A DNA stretch of 64,000 nt from Pseudomonadota bacterium (GTDB lineage: Bacteria > Pseudomonadota > Alphaproteobacteria > SHVP01): the NCBI GenBank assembly GCA_027622715.1, contig JAQBYN010000002.1, positions 82,464-146,463 on the forward strand, given 5' to 3'. Shown here piece after piece: positions 1 through 11,093 of the stretch. The notes under the pieces were generated by a model. That model was given only the letters and a program-made list of their open reading frames with translations. It did no database searches and had not been told where the DNA came from. Both the position numbers and the translations under genes were made by a program. Every line of letters begins with the position of its first letter. The first letter of the stretch is position 1.

Positions 1-224
1 AACTGCAGACCCGAAAATGGCAGGACCAATCCGGGCAGGACAAGTACTCCACCGAGATTGTGCTCGGTCGTTTCCGCGGTGACTTACAAATCCTGGATTC
101 ACGTCAGGGTGGTGGTGGTGGCGGCGGTCAGATGGAGGGCAACGGCGGCGGTTACGATTCGATCCCCGACGAGCCCGGTCGCGCCATGCCGCCGGCGGAT
201 TTGGACGACGAAATACCGTTCTAA
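1..224 (+). CDS. ssb: single-stranded DNA-binding protein, 3' fragment (start lies upstream of the window)
   Basis: Frame 3 has no start in the window, so it is absent from the ORF track. It reads ...[71 protein letters not shown]. This gives the OB-fold end, a Gly-rich linker and the canonical acidic DDxIPF tail. TAA at 222-224. Confidence 0.9.
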   Translation, partial: LQTRKWQDQSGQDKYSTEIVLGRFRGDLQILDSRQGGGGGGGQMEGNGGGYDSIPDEPGRAMPPADLDDEIPF

Positions 225-427
225 GCGCACTCTGGTTTCGCTGAACTGGATGGGCACCACGTAGCGTGGTGGGGCTGGTTCCCGGTCGTCTGCCGGCCTG
301 CGAAACCCCGAGTGCGGCCGATCATTTTCTCAATGTCTAGTATGAGAAAAAGTTCATAATTAGTTGATTTATATAATTAAATAGAAGTTGATGGCGGATT
401 GTGCGATCCCGTCCGGGGGCGTGGCCC

Positions 428-480
428 TTGACAGAAGTCCGTGACGAACCAATATGACTGACCAGTCAGTCATATTGGTT
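428..480 (+). promoter_or_regulatory. putative promoter plus palindromic operator of the tetR-efflux operon
   Basis: TTGACA at 428-433. Perfect inverted repeat AACCAATATGACTGAC-ca-GTCAGTCATATTGGTT at 447-480 (16-nt arms, 2-nt spacer), ending 5 nt before the tetR ATG at 486. Confidence 0.6.
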
Positions 481-485
481 CTATC

Positions 486-1142
486 ATGCTGGAACAAGAG
501 TCGAACCCGCCATCAACCGGCCAACGAGGTCGACGCGCAGACAAAGAAGCGGAGATACTGAAGGCCGCGCGCGGCGAATTTCTGGCACGTGGCTACGCGG
601 CAACCAGACTGGACGATATTGCGGTGCGCGCGGGGGTCGCGAAGGGCACGCTGTATCTCTATTTCCGAAGCAAAGAAGATCTTTTCCAGACATTAGTGCG
701 GACGGCCATCGTCCCGAATCTGGCGCGACTTGAGGCGATGGCGGCGGGCTGGGACGGTCCGGCGGCGGTCCTACTGGGTCGCATTGCCGACTTTGCGGCG
801 GGGGTCGTCGGCAACGACGACCTGGTTGCGATGCCACGTCTGCTTATGGCCGAGGCGCGAACCTTTCCGGATCTGGCCAGTTTTTACCACCGCGAGGTGG
901 CGGCCCGCGGGTTGCGGTTACTCACCGCTGTCATTGCCAGAGGTATCGAGCGGGGTGAATTTCGCGCTATCGATCCTGCGGTCGCCGCGCGCCTATTGAT
1001 CGCACCGTTTGCTTTTCTCGCAATGTGGCGCGGCACCTTCGGTCCGCATGACGACCAACCAGTCGACCCGGCCGCCTTCGCGAAAACCCATATCGATATT
1101 CTCCTCAACGGCTTAGTTGCCCACCCCGGGAGCGGATCATGA
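486..1142 (+). CDS. TetR/AcrR family transcriptional regulator
   Basis: N-terminal HTH region ILKAARGEFLARGYAATRLDDIAVRAGVAKGTLYLYFRSKEDLF is typical TetR. First gene of a four-gene set with overlapping stops and starts. Confidence 0.9.
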   Translation: MLEQESNPPSTGQRGRRADKEAEILKAARGEFLARGYAATRLDDIAVRAGVAKGTLYLYFRSKEDLFQTLVRTAIVPNLARLEAMAAGWDGPAAVLLGRIADFAAGVVGNDDLVAMPRLLMAEARTFPDLASFYHREVAARGLRLLTAVIARGIERGEFRAIDPAVAARLLIAPFAFLAMWRGTFGPHDDQPVDPAAFAKTHIDILLNGLVAHPGSGS

Positions 1143-2116
1143 CCAACATTTTTGAGTGGGTTCGAGACACCGTTGTCGCTGCGGCGATGGCGGTTGGCGC
1201 CCTGTTCGGCACGGCGGATGAAGGCCCAACCAGTTATCAAGGTTATGTAGAAGGGGAATATGTACGCATCGGTGCGGCGACAGGCGGGACCATCGACACG
1301 TTGAACGTGCGGCGCGGCGACACTGTGAATGACGGCGATGTCGTCTTCATTTTGGAGCAAGAGCGCGAAACAGCTGCGCTGCGTGAGGCCGCGGCGCGCC
1401 TCGCTGAAGCCCGTGCCGCCTACGAAAATTTGCGGAGCGGTTTACGCGATCCCGAGATTGCCGTGCTGCAGGCACAACGCGAGCAAGCCGAGGCCGACCT
1501 CGTGTTGTCGGAATCAGAATTACGGCGCGTTCAGCAGCTGATGCGCGCCAACGTCGCCGCGGCGCAACGGCTCGACGCAGCGGAGGCAGCCGTGGCGCGC
1601 AACCAGGCCAGGGTCGAGGAGTTGCGTGCGCGCATCCAAAGCGGACAAATGGCGGCACGTAGCGACGAGATCGCGGGCGCCCGCGCTCGGATCGCTGCGG
1701 CAACGGCGGCGATGACCCAAGCGGAATGGCAGGTTTCGCAACGCTCCGGTGTCAGCACTGTTACCGGCCTGGTAACCGACACGATGTTTCGTGCGGGTGA
1801 ACAGGTTCAGCCCGGCCAGCCCGTGATCGAAATATTGCCACCTGAAAATCTCATCGTGCGGTTTTTCGTGCCTGAGTCAGCGCTCGCGTCGATCACGCCG
1901 ACCCGACAGGTCTGGCTGCAATGGGGCGCGCCGGTCCACACCGTCATGGCGTCGGTGTCGTACGTTGCGCCCCAGGCCGAATTCACGCCGCCGGTGATCT
2001 ACAGCGAAAACGCTCGTGGCAAGCTCGTATTCCTGGTTGAGGCGCGTCCAGCGAGCGTGGACGGTCTCAACCCGGGACAACCGCTCGACGTTACCCTTGA
2101 GGAACCCGCGCAATGA
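1139..2116 (+). CDS. HlyD-family membrane fusion protein (YbhG-like)
   Basis: N-terminal TM anchor, lipoyl-like motif GEYVRIGAATGGTIDTLNVRRGDTVNDGDVVFILE and a long Ala/Arg/Glu coiled coil. ATGA overlap with the tetR stop. Confidence 0.85.
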   Translation: MTNIFEWVRDTVVAAAMAVGALFGTADEGPTSYQGYVEGEYVRIGAATGGTIDTLNVRRGDTVNDGDVVFILEQERETAALREAAARLAEARAAYENLRSGLRDPEIAVLQAQREQAEADLVLSESELRRVQQLMRANVAAAQRLDAAEAAVARNQARVEELRARIQSGQMAARSDEIAGARARIAAATAAMTQAEWQVSQRSGVSTVTGLVTDTMFRAGEQVQPGQPVIEILPPENLIVRFFVPESALASITPTRQVWLQWGAPVHTVMASVSYVAPQAEFTPPVIYSENARGKLVFLVEARPASVDGLNPGQPLDVTLEEPAQ

Positions 2117-3045
2117 CGGCCGAGCACGGCACAGATCTCGCTATTTCGGTGCGCGGCCTAAGCAAAAGTTTCGACCGCAAGACAGTCTTGCAGGGCTTTG
2201 GGATCGACGTTGAACGCGGCGCGATTTACGGATTTCTAGGACCAAATGGCAGCGGCAAGACCACAACAATCCGCATGCTCTGTGGGTTGCTGCGGCCCGA
2301 TGCGGGCAGCGGCACGTGCCTCGGCTACGACGTGATCCGCGAAACCGCCGCGATCAAGCGACGCGTCGGCTACATGACCCAGCGCTTCAGCCTCTACGAA
2401 GATCTCTCGATCCGCGAGAACCTCGACTTCGTCGCGCGCATCTACGGCGTCAAGAAGCCGCGTCAGGTTGTCCGCGAGACCCTCGACCGCCTTGGCCTAA
2501 CGTCCCGCCAACGGCAACTTGCGGGTCACCTGTCGGGCGGTTGGAAGCAACGGCTCGCGCTAGCTGCATCGGTCATGCACAAGCCGGAATTACTGCTCCT
2601 TGACGAGCCCACGGCCGGGGTCGATCCCAGCGCGCGGCGCGAGTTTTGGGACAACATTCACGAATTGGCCGAGACCGGGGTTACGGTCCTGGTCAGCACC
2701 CATTACATGGACGAGGCGGAGCGTTGCCATCGCATTGCCTATCTCGCCTACGGCCATTTGCTGGCCCGCGGGACCGTTGCCGAGGTGGTCGCATCGTCGG
2801 GGCTTAGCACCTGGGTGGTCGAGGGCGCCCCGAACGGCCTAGCCGTCGAGATGCGCGGTATGCCTGGGGTCGACTCGGTCGCGGCATTTGGCCGGCGCCT
2901 TCATGTCAGCGGGCGCGACGGTGCGCGGTTGGCTGGCGCCATGACGGCAATTCAACAGCGCGGTCTGGCCGCCCACGAGACGGTGCCCTCGCTTGAGGAC
3001 GTGTTCATTCGACTCATGAGCGAACAGCCCGGAGGCAACGCCTGA
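2113..3045 (+). CDS. ABC transporter ATP-binding protein (ABC-2 exporter type)
   Basis: Walker A GPNGSGKTT, signature LSGGWKQRLALA, Walker B LLLLDEPTAGVD. ATGA overlap with the upstream gene. Confidence 0.92.
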   Translation: MTAEHGTDLAISVRGLSKSFDRKTVLQGFGIDVERGAIYGFLGPNGSGKTTTIRMLCGLLRPDAGSGTCLGYDVIRETAAIKRRVGYMTQRFSLYEDLSIRENLDFVARIYGVKKPRQVVRETLDRLGLTSRQRQLAGHLSGGWKQRLALAASVMHKPELLLLDEPTAGVDPSARREFWDNIHELAETGVTVLVSTHYMDEAERCHRIAYLAYGHLLARGTVAEVVASSGLSTWVVEGAPNGLAVEMRGMPGVDSVAAFGRRLHVSGRDGARLAGAMTAIQQRGLAAHETVPSLEDVFIRLMSEQPGGNA

Positions 3046-4172
3046 TGTTTTCCGTTCGCCGCTTTGCCGCCGTTGTCGTAAAGGAGTTCGTCCAAATGCG
3101 GCGCGACCGTCTGACGTTCGCGATGATGGTCGGCATCCCGATCGTGCAGCTCGTCCTGTTCGGCTTTGCGATCAACAGCGATCCCAAATCGCTCCCGACC
3201 GCGGTGCTGGCAAACGACAACAGTGCGTTCAGCCGAAGCCTGGTTCGTGCGATGGAAAACACCGGCTATTTCCGCGTCGTCGCCGTAGTCGACAAGGAGG
3301 CGGACATCCGGCAAATGTTGCGCGAGGGCGCGGTCCAGTTCGCCGTGACCATTCCGGCGGATTTCTCTCGCGATGTGCAACGTGGTGCGCGGCCCCGGGT
3401 TCTCGTTGAAGCCGATGCCACCGATCCCGCCGCAACGAGCAACGCCCTCGGGGCGCTCAAGGAACTCCAATCGTTGGCACTGCGGCATGACCTGAAGGGG
3501 TCACTTGCCGCCCTACAAGGCGCGCCACCCCCGTTTGAGATCATCATCCACCGCGCCTACAACCCGGAGGGCATCACCCAGTACAACATTGTACCTGCGT
3601 TGATCGGCGTCATTCTGACCATGACGATGGTGATCATGACCGCGCTCGCGGTAACGCGCGAGATCGAACGCGGCACGATGGAAAACCTTCTGTCGATGCC
3701 GGTGCGGCCCGCCGAGGTCTTGCTCGGCAAAATCCTTCCCTACTCGGCGGTGGGTGGCGTGCAAGTGGTTATCGTCATGGCGGCGGCACGCCTCATCTTT
3801 GACGTCCCGTTTGTCGGCAATCTTTGGTTGTTCGGCGCGCTTGTCGTCGTCTTCGTGATGACCAATCTAGCCTTGGGTCTGATGTTTTCGACTGTTGCGC
3901 GCAATCAGTTGCAAGCCATGCAGATGGCTATCTTCTTCTTCCTACCGTCAATCTTGCTGTCGGGATTCATGTTCCCTTACCGCGGCATGCCAGCATGGGC
4001 GCAAGCGCTGGGCGAGATACTCCCGCTGACCCATTTTCTTCGGATCACCCGCGGGATCCTGCTCAAGGGCAGCGGCTGGCGTGATATCGCCCCCGAGGTT
4101 TGGCCACTTTTGGCGTTTTTCGCGGTGGTTTTGCTCATCGCGATGCGGCGCTACCGGCAGACGCTCGACTAG
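3045..4172 (+). CDS. ABC-2 type transporter permease (YbhR/YbhS-like)
   Basis: 375 aa with an N-terminal TM, a large periplasmic loop and a C-terminal cluster of five or so TM helices. TGATG overlap with the ATPase gene. Confidence 0.85.
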   Translation: MFSVRRFAAVVVKEFVQMRRDRLTFAMMVGIPIVQLVLFGFAINSDPKSLPTAVLANDNSAFSRSLVRAMENTGYFRVVAVVDKEADIRQMLREGAVQFAVTIPADFSRDVQRGARPRVLVEADATDPAATSNALGALKELQSLALRHDLKGSLAALQGAPPPFEIIIHRAYNPEGITQYNIVPALIGVILTMTMVIMTALAVTREIERGTMENLLSMPVRPAEVLLGKILPYSAVGGVQVVIVMAAARLIFDVPFVGNLWLFGALVVVFVMTNLALGLMFSTVARNQLQAMQMAIFFFLPSILLSGFMFPYRGMPAWAQALGEILPLTHFLRITRGILLKGSGWRDIAPEVWPLLAFFAVVLLIAMRRYRQTLD

Positions 4173-4438
4173 CCGGCTCTCGGGGTCGAGGCGCGCGCCA
4201 TTTCGGCACCGCAGCAAGACCGCGACCCCACCCCGAGGGGGGGCCGCAAGGGACTGAAAAACAACAGAATTTTCAGAATTTAATGCTATCCAATTGGGCC
4301 TCAAATCAGGTATATTTAGGGGCCCAAATGGCCGCCATTGCCGCGGCCGTTTTGCGTCCTTAGGTACCATATCTAGTAGGAGGCGCGCGTTGGATAACTA
4401 GGGCGAATCCTTCGCGACCGCCGGATGAGATTGATCAT

Positions 4439-7258
4439 TTGACCATCGACGACGAACCGCCACCGCCGCCAACGCCACCTGCCGACCCAGCCCTGCCGCA
4501 GATGCCGAGCGGTGTGACGCCGGTGACAATCGAAGAGGAGATGAAACGCTCCTACCTCGATTATGCCATGAGCGTCATTGTCAGCCGCGCGCTCCCGGAC
4601 GCCCGCGACGGCCTCAAGCCCGTGCATCGACGCATTCTGCACGCGATGAACGAGAGTGGTTTTGACTTCAACAAGCCGTACCGCAAATCGGCGCGCATCG
4701 TCGGCGATGTCATGGGTAAGTATCACCCCCACGGCGACCAAGCGATCTACGATGCAATGGTCCGCATGGCGCAGGATTTTTCGATGCGCCTGCCGCTCCT
4801 GGACGGTCAGGGCAACTTTGGTTCGATGGACGGCGATCCTGCCGCCGCCATGCGGTACACCGAGATTCGCATGGCCGAGTCGGCCCATGCGTTGTTGGCC
4901 GACATTGATAAGAACACCGTCGACTTCCAGGACAACTACGACGGCTCGGCCAGCGAGCCTCTGGTGTTGCCAGCCCGCTTTCCCAACCTACTCGTCAACG
5001 GCGCCGGCGGTATCGCCGTGGGGATGGCGACGAACATCCCGCCCCACAATTTGGGCGAGGTGATCGACGCCTGCTGCGCTTACGTCGACGATCCCGAGGT
5101 TACTGTTGATACCCTGATGGGCTTTGTCGCGGGACCGGATTTCCCAACCGGCGGCATCATCATGGGCCGTCAGGGATTGCGCGAAGGCTTGCGCGTCGGG
5201 CGGGGTTCGGTGGTGATCCGAAGCAAAGTGCATTTCGAAGATGCCCAGCGCGAGCGCACCGCTATTGTCGTGACGGAGATTCCCTACCAGGTGAACAAAT
5301 CGCACCTGGTCGAACAAATCGCCGATGTCGCGCGCGAGAAACGCGTCGAGGGCATTGTCGATTTACGTGACGAGTCCGACCGCGACGGCGTGCGGGTCGT
5401 CATTGAAATCTCACGGAACGTCAATCCCGAGGTCGTGGTAAATCAACTCTACCGATTCACCCGGTTGCAGACCTCGTTTGGCGTGAACATGTTGGCGCTC
5501 AGTGGCGGTCGGCCCGGCGTGATGAACTTGCGCGACCTGGTCGAAGCCTTCGTCAATTTCCGCGAAGAAGTCATTGCCCGGCGCACCAAATTCGAGCTGG
5601 GTAAAGCCCGTGACCGTGCGCATGTGCTGGTCGGCCTCGCTATTGCCGTGGCGAATATCGACGAGGTGATCGCGATGATCCGCGGCGCCAAGGACCCCGC
5701 GGCGGCGCGAACGGCCCTAACCGGTCGTGTCTGGCCGGCCGAGGAGGTTGCCGACCTCATCGCCCTGATCGACGAGCCAGGACGCCGCGTCGAAGACGGG
5801 GTCTACCGGCTCTCCGAGGAGCAAGCGCGCGCAATACTTGATTTGCGCCTACAGCGCCTTACCGCGCTGGGCCGCGACGAAATTGGCGACGAGCTCAAGC
5901 AACTGGCGGAAAAGATTCTCGATTTTCTTGGCATCTTGCGGAGCCGCGAGCGGTTGATGGGAATCTTGCGGGCCGAACTCGTCGAAATGAAAGAAAAGTT
6001 CGCCACGCCGCGCAGAACCGTCATCGAAGAAAGTTTCGTCGAATACGACGAAGAAGACTTGATTCAGCGCGAGGACATGGTGGTGACGGTCAGCCACGCC
6101 GGTTATATCAAGCGGGTGCCGGTTTCGACCTATCGCACCCAGCGCCGGGGCGGGAAGGGCCGCAGCGGCATGTCGACGCGCGAAGAGGACTTCGTGACCC
6201 AGGTCAGCGTCGTCAACACGCACACCCCGCTGTTGTTCTTCTCATCGCGCGGCAAAGTTTACAAACTCAAGACTTACCGGTTGCCGCTCGGCACGCCTCA
6301 GGCGCGCGGCCGGCCGATGGTCCACTTGCTACCCCTGGCCGAGGGCGAAACGATCGCGACGATTCTGCCGCTGCCGGAAGACGAGACAACATGGTCCGAC
6401 CTGGTCGCGGTTTTTGCCACGGCGGAAGGTTTGGTGCGGCCCATTTCACTGAGCAAATTCGACAATATTTTGAGCACCGGAATCATCGCCATCAAGCTGA
6501 AAGAGGGCGACCGTCTCGTCGGTGTCTCGCTCGCGGCTGATGATGACGACATCCTTCTTGTGGCCCGTGGCGGCAAGTGCATTCGTTTCGCGATGCAAGC
6601 TGTTCGCCTTATGGGTGGCCGTGCAACGGCCGGCGTGCGCGGCATGGCGTTGAAAAGCAAGGACGAAGTCATTTCCATGTCGGTCTTGCGCCACATGGAC
6701 GCCGACGCGGACGACCGGCAGGCCTACCTGCAGGCCGTTGCGGCGCGCCGACGGTTGAATGTTTCGGACTATGAGGGCAAAGACTCAGACCACGCCCGCG
6801 ACGCCGAAGTCGCGGCGAGGTTGGACGATCCGGCGTTCGCCGCCATGTCTGAGGGCGAGCAATTCATCCTGTCGCTAACCGAGAACGGTTATGGCAAACG
6901 CTCGTCGGCCTATGAGTACCGCGTTACCAATCGCGGTGGATCGGGGATTATCAATATTGAAACGTCAGAGCGTAACGGCCCGGTCGTCGCGTCGTTTCCC
7001 GTTGCCGACGGCGATGACATCATGCTGGTGACCGACGGCGGGAAGCTCATTCGCACCCCCGTCGGCGACATCCGCATCGCCGGCCGCAATACCCAGGGGG
7101 TCATTGCGTTCAAGACTGGCGCTGGCGAGAAGGTTGTCTCAGCCGCGCGCCTGGGAGAGGATGATGATGGCGACGCAGAAGACCAGGCAGGTCAGGACGT
7201 AGTCGACTCGGAATCGGCGGGCGAAACGTCGCCGGACGCATTACCGGACCAGGAGTAG
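4439..7258 (+). CDS. gyrA: DNA gyrase subunit A
   Basis: [37 protein letters not shown], catalytic-Tyr region [11 protein letters not shown], and a C-terminal beta-pinwheel with an acidic tail. The start may instead be ATG 4502 ([14 protein letters not shown]). Confidence 0.97.
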   Translation: MTIDDEPPPPPTPPADPALPQMPSGVTPVTIEEEMKRSYLDYAMSVIVSRALPDARDGLKPVHRRILHAMNESGFDFNKPYRKSARIVGDVMGKYHPHGDQAIYDAMVRMAQDFSMRLPLLDGQGNFGSMDGDPAAAMRYTEIRMAESAHALLADIDKNTVDFQDNYDGSASEPLVLPARFPNLLVNGAGGIAVGMATNIPPHNLGEVIDACCAYVDDPEVTVDTLMGFVAGPDFPTGGIIMGRQGLREGLRVGRGSVVIRSKVHFEDAQRERTAIVVTEIPYQVNKSHLVEQIADVAREKRVEGIVDLRDESDRDGVRVVIEISRNVNPEVVVNQLYRFTRLQTSFGVNMLALSGGRPGVMNLRDLVEAFVNFREEVIARRTKFELGKARDRAHVLVGLAIAVANIDEVIAMIRGAKDPAAARTALTGRVWPAEEVADLIALIDEPGRRVEDGVYRLSEEQARAILDLRLQRLTALGRDEIGDELKQLAEKILDFLGILRSRERLMGILRAELVEMKEKFATPRRTVIEESFVEYDEEDLIQREDMVVTVSHAGYIKRVPVSTYRTQRRGGKGRSGMSTREEDFVTQVSVVNTHTPLLFFSSRGKVYKLKTYRLPLGTPQARGRPMVHLLPLAEGETIATILPLPEDETTWSDLVAVFATAEGLVRPISLSKFDNILSTGIIAIKLKEGDRLVGVSLAADDDDILLVARGGKCIRFAMQAVRLMGGRATAGVRGMALKSKDEVISMSVLRHMDADADDRQAYLQAVAARRRLNVSDYEGKDSDHARDAEVAARLDDPAFAAMSEGEQFILSLTENGYGKRSSAYEYRVTNRGGSGIINIETSERNGPVVASFPVADGDDIMLVTDGGKLIRTPVGDIRIAGRNTQGVIAFKTGAGEKVVSAARLGEDDDGDAEDQAGQDVVDSESAGETSPDALPDQE

Positions 7259-7262
7259 TACT

Positions 7263-7784
7263 TTGACGAAGCGGACTGCGGTCTATCCCGGCACGTTCGA
7301 TCCGATCACCAACGGCCACGTCGATATCATCCGCCGCGCAACGCGGTTGGTTGATAGGCTGGTTGTTGGGGTGGCGGCCAATCCCGGCAAGGGACCGATC
7401 TTTGGATTAGACGACCGGCTCGACATGGTGCGCACCGAGGTTGCCGACATCGCTCGGCAAAAGGGGGCCGAGATTGAGGTTGTCTCGTTCTCTAACCTGC
7501 TCATGCATTTTGCCGCGGAATGCGGCGCGGTCATGATCATTCGAGGTCTTCGCGCGGTCACCGACTTCGACTATGAATTTCAAATGGTCGGTATGAATGC
7601 GCGGGTGAATCCCGAAATCGAGACGGTCTTTTTGATGGCGTCGGAGAATCATACCTTTATCTCCTCGCGGTTCGTCAAAGAGATCGCTTTGTTGGGCGGC
7701 AACGTGACAAGTTTCCTGCCACCCCGCGTTCACACGCGGCTCTTGGCGCAAGTCAGCGCCATTTCTAGTTCAGCAAACGAGTAG
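7263..7784 (+). CDS. coaD: phosphopantetheine adenylyltransferase
   Basis: AVYPGTFDPITNGHVDII nucleotidyltransferase motif. 173 aa, 4 nt after the gyrA stop. Confidence 0.95.
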   Translation: MTKRTAVYPGTFDPITNGHVDIIRRATRLVDRLVVGVAANPGKGPIFGLDDRLDMVRTEVADIARQKGAEIEVVSFSNLLMHFAAECGAVMIIRGLRAVTDFDYEFQMVGMNARVNPEIETVFLMASENHTFISSRFVKEIALLGGNVTSFLPPRVHTRLLAQVSAISSSANE

Positions 7785-7790
7785 AGACCT

Positions 7791-8336
7791 ATGAGATTTT
7801 GGCGTTTTTTCGGCGCGGCAATCGTCGCGCTCGTACTGTGGACCGGCCAGAGCTTTGCCGCCGATCCGGAGAACACTCTGTATTTGGAACTTAAAGATGG
7901 TCGCGTCGTGATCGAGATGCGACCGGATTTGGCCCCCAGGCATGTCGAGCGTATCAAAACGCTGGCACGCACTGGTTTTTACGAAAATACCCCAATCCAC
8001 CGCGTCATCGACGGCTTCATGGCCCAAATGGGGGATCCGTCGGGAACCGGCAGCGGCGGTTCAGACCTGCCCGACCTGCGATCCGAGTTCAGCAACGAGA
8101 AACACGAACGCGGCACCTTATCGATGGCCCGGACGTCCGATCCCAATAGCGCGAACTCACAATTTTTCATCATGTTTGGTCGCACGCCGAGCCTTGATTC
8201 CCAGTACTCAATTTGGGGGCGGGTCACCGAGGGCATGGAGCATGTCGACAAGATCAAACGGGGCGCCGGTCGAAATGGAATCGTGCGCGAACCCGATCGC
8301 ATCATCAGCCTAAAAGTCGCCGCTGACGTCGACTGA
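7791..8336 (+). CDS. ppiA: cyclophilin-type peptidyl-prolyl cis-trans isomerase, secreted
   Basis: Signal peptide MRFWRFFGAAIVALVLWTGQSFA. Cyclophilin motifs [21 protein letters not shown] and [17 protein letters not shown]. Confidence 0.9.
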   Translation: MRFWRFFGAAIVALVLWTGQSFAADPENTLYLELKDGRVVIEMRPDLAPRHVERIKTLARTGFYENTPIHRVIDGFMAQMGDPSGTGSGGSDLPDLRSEFSNEKHERGTLSMARTSDPNSANSQFFIMFGRTPSLDSQYSIWGRVTEGMEHVDKIKRGAGRNGIVREPDRIISLKVAADVD

Positions 8337-8382
8337 CGTCGTCATCCACTAGCCCACACCGCGTCAACGAAAGGCGGCAGTC

Positions 8383-8853
8383 ATGGAAGACACACTCTAT
8401 TTGGACCTTAAGAATGGACGCGTGACGATCAAGACACGCCCCGATCTCGCGCCCGGACACGTTTCGCGGATCAAAGAATTGGCCCGCGAAGGCTATTACG
8501 ACGAAACGCCGATACACCGCGTCATCGAAGGCTTCATGGCGCAGATGGGCGATCCAACGGGAACCGGCTCTGGCGGTTCGGATAAACCCGACCTAAAGGC
8601 CGAATTCTCGGATGCCCCTCATGCCCGCGGCACGGTTTCGATGGCGCGGTCGGCAAGCCCGAACAGTGCTAACTCGCAGTTCTTTATCTGTTTCGAAGAA
8701 TCCAGCTTCCTCGACGGCCAGTATACGGTTTGGGGCGAAGTGATCGAAGGCATGGAACATGTCGACGGCATCAAACGCGGTTCCGGTCCCAACGGCAGCG
8801 TCGACGATCCGGACAAAATCGTGCGGATGCAGGTCGCCGCTGACGCGGAGTAG
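8383..8853 (+). CDS. ppiB: cyclophilin-type peptidyl-prolyl cis-trans isomerase, cytoplasmic
   Basis: Paralog of the preceding gene without a signal peptide. [38 protein letters not shown]. Confidence 0.9.
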   Translation: MEDTLYLDLKNGRVTIKTRPDLAPGHVSRIKELAREGYYDETPIHRVIEGFMAQMGDPTGTGSGGSDKPDLKAEFSDAPHARGTVSMARSASPNSANSQFFICFEESSFLDGQYTVWGEVIEGMEHVDGIKRGSGPNGSVDDPDKIVRMQVAADAE

Positions 8854-9904
8854 CGAGACGACTGGACAACGGCTCAGCGATTTTGACTTCGAGCTACCCC
8901 GCGCGCTGATTGCGCTGCGGCCGGTCGTGCCGCGCGATAGCGCCAAACTTTTGCATCTTCCCGCAGGCGCCAGCCCGCGCCACCGTTCGGTCGCCGAATT
9001 GCCCACGTTGCTGCGCCCAGGCGATGTCATGGTGTTCAACGACACCCGCGTTATCCCTGCCCGACTGCAGGGCCGCCGCGGCGACGTTCGGGTCGAATTC
9101 ACGCTTCATAAGATGATGGGCGCCGATACATGGGCGGCGTTTGCAAAACCCGCTCGGCGGTTGCGTCCCGGCGACCGCATCGTCTTTGCGGATGATTTCG
9201 CCGCGCAGGTTTTGGAAAAACGCGACGCGGGCGAGGTTGTCGTGCGCTTCGATGTCGCCGGCGATGCGCTGTGGGCGGCATTGGAACAGCACGGCACGAT
9301 GCCGCTGCCACCTTACATCGCGGCCCATCGGGCGCCCGACGTGGCGGATCGCGACTCATACCAAACCATCTTCGCGCGGCAATCCGGGGCGGTCGCAGCC
9401 CCGACGGCGGGCTTACACTTCACCGAAGCGTTAATGGCTGACATCGCAGCGCTTGGCGTGGCGTGCATCACGGTGACCCTACACGTTGGGGCAGGCACCT
9501 TCCTGCCGGTGAAGACTGAGGAGATTGCCGCCCACAGAATGCATGCCGAGTGGGGGCGGATCGACCCACAGGCCGCTGAGGCGATTAACACGGCCCGCGC
9601 CAGTGGCGGCCGGGTTGTCGCCGTAGGAACAACCAGCTTGCGGCTTCTCGAGAGTGCCGCGGGTGCCGACGGCACAGTGCATCCCTTTGAAGGCGAAACC
9701 GATATCTTCATCACCCCGGGCTATCGCTTTAAGGCGACCGACGTGCTGATCACCAATTTTCACCTGCCGAAATCGACGCTGTTCATGCTGGTCTGCGCCT
9801 TCGCTGGTCGCGAGCGAATGCTGGCGGCCTATGAGACGGCCAAGGCTGGCGGTTACCGGTTTTACTCCTATGGCGATGCGTGTTTGCTGGAGCGCGCGGC
9901 GTGA
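8759..9904 (+). CDS. queA: S-adenosylmethionine:tRNA ribosyltransferase-isomerase
   Basis: [44 protein letters not shown]. The start is uncertain. The only canonical start upstream of the conserved N-terminus is ATG 8759, which overlaps ppiB by 95 nt. Confidence 0.9.
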   Translation: MSTASNAVPVPTAASTIRTKSCGCRSPLTRSSETTGQRLSDFDFELPRALIALRPVVPRDSAKLLHLPAGASPRHRSVAELPTLLRPGDVMVFNDTRVIPARLQGRRGDVRVEFTLHKMMGADTWAAFAKPARRLRPGDRIVFADDFAAQVLEKRDAGEVVVRFDVAGDALWAALEQHGTMPLPPYIAAHRAPDVADRDSYQTIFARQSGAVAAPTAGLHFTEALMADIAALGVACITVTLHVGAGTFLPVKTEEIAAHRMHAEWGRIDPQAAEAINTARASGGRVVAVGTTSLRLLESAAGADGTVHPFEGETDIFITPGYRFKATDVLITNFHLPKSTLFMLVCAFAGRERMLAAYETAKAGGYRFYSYGDACLLERAA

Positions 9905-11028
9905 GCGATCTAGCGTTCACGATCGCGGCGCACGACGGCGCAGCGCGGGCAGGGGAGATCGAAACCGCCCACGGCCGCATTCGCACCCCAGCCTTCATGC
10001 CGGTCGGGACAGCCGCCACGGTCAAGGCCCTCACGGTCGACCAAGTGCGCGCGACCGGCGCCGACATCGTGCTGTGCAATACCTATCACCTGATGCTGCG
10101 GCCGGGCGCCGAACGCATCGCGGCACTCGGCGGCTTGCACCGGTTTATGAATTGGGACGGCCCGATCCTCACTGACTCTGGCGGGTTTCAAGTCATGTCG
10201 TTGGCCAAACTTCGCAAGCTGGATGACGACGGGGTCACCTTCCAGTCGCATATCGACGGCAGCACCCACCGGTTGACCCCGGCGCGTGCGGTCGAGCTGC
10301 AGCAGCTGTTCGGGGTCGATATTGCGATGGTGCTGGACGAATGCACCCCGTACCCGTCCGATCAGAACACCGCCGCACACTCGATGCGCCGGTCGATGGC
10401 CTGGGCGGCGCAGTGCCGGGCGGCCTATCAGGGCGGCGTGGGGCGGGCGCTGTTCGGTATCGTCCAAGGCGGCATCTATCCGGCGTTACGACAAGAATCT
10501 GCCAACCGGTTGATCGACATCGGGTTCGAGGGCTATGCCGTCGGCGGGCTAGCGGTCGGCGAAGGCCAAGATGAAATGCTGTCGGTCCTAGACGCCACTG
10601 TACCGCATCTGCCGCAAGATCGGCCGCGCTACCTGATGGGGGTCGGCAAACCTGATGATATCGTTGAATCGGTGCGCCGCGGCATCGACATGTTCGACTG
10701 CGTATTGCCAACGCGTTCGGGCCGCACCGGGCAGGCCTTCACCCGCGACGGCCCGATCAACATTCGCAACGCGGGATTTGCCGGCGATCCGGCGCCCCTT
10801 GATGCGGCGTCGGACTGCCCAGCCAGCCGCGACTACAGCCGCGCCTATTTGCATCATCTCATCAAAGCCAAAGAAATTCTCGGCGCGACCCTGCTGAGCT
10901 GGCACAACATCAGCTTCTATCAACGTCTGATGGCCGATCTGCGCGCTGCGATCGCTGCTGGCCGCCTGGAGGCGTTCGCGGCGGATTTTCTCGCCCAATA
11001 CCGATCCGGCAGCGACACAGTTGGCTGA
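9901..11028 (+). CDS. tgt: tRNA-guanine transglycosylase (queuine tRNA-ribosyltransferase)
   Basis: [47 protein letters not shown] 9901 forms a GTGA overlap with the queA stop. The ORF-track start at 9880 is less likely. Confidence 0.93.
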   Translation: MSDLAFTIAAHDGAARAGEIETAHGRIRTPAFMPVGTAATVKALTVDQVRATGADIVLCNTYHLMLRPGAERIAALGGLHRFMNWDGPILTDSGGFQVMSLAKLRKLDDDGVTFQSHIDGSTHRLTPARAVELQQLFGVDIAMVLDECTPYPSDQNTAAHSMRRSMAWAAQCRAAYQGGVGRALFGIVQGGIYPALRQESANRLIDIGFEGYAVGGLAVGEGQDEMLSVLDATVPHLPQDRPRYLMGVGKPDDIVESVRRGIDMFDCVLPTRSGRTGQAFTRDGPINIRNAGFAGDPAPLDAASDCPASRDYSRAYLHHLIKAKEILGATLLSWHNISFYQRLMADLRAAIAAGRLEAFAADFLAQYRSGSDTVG

Positions 11029-11093
11029 GTTTCGCCCGGCACAAGAAATGACTTAGACTGCCCTGCAACGACACGTTCCAAGGAGACACGAAA

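Noticed and set aside
255-271. Hairpin CACCACG-tag-CGTGGTG after ssb as a terminator
   Set aside because: The stem is only 7 bp with a 3-nt loop and there is no following T-run, which is too weak to call.
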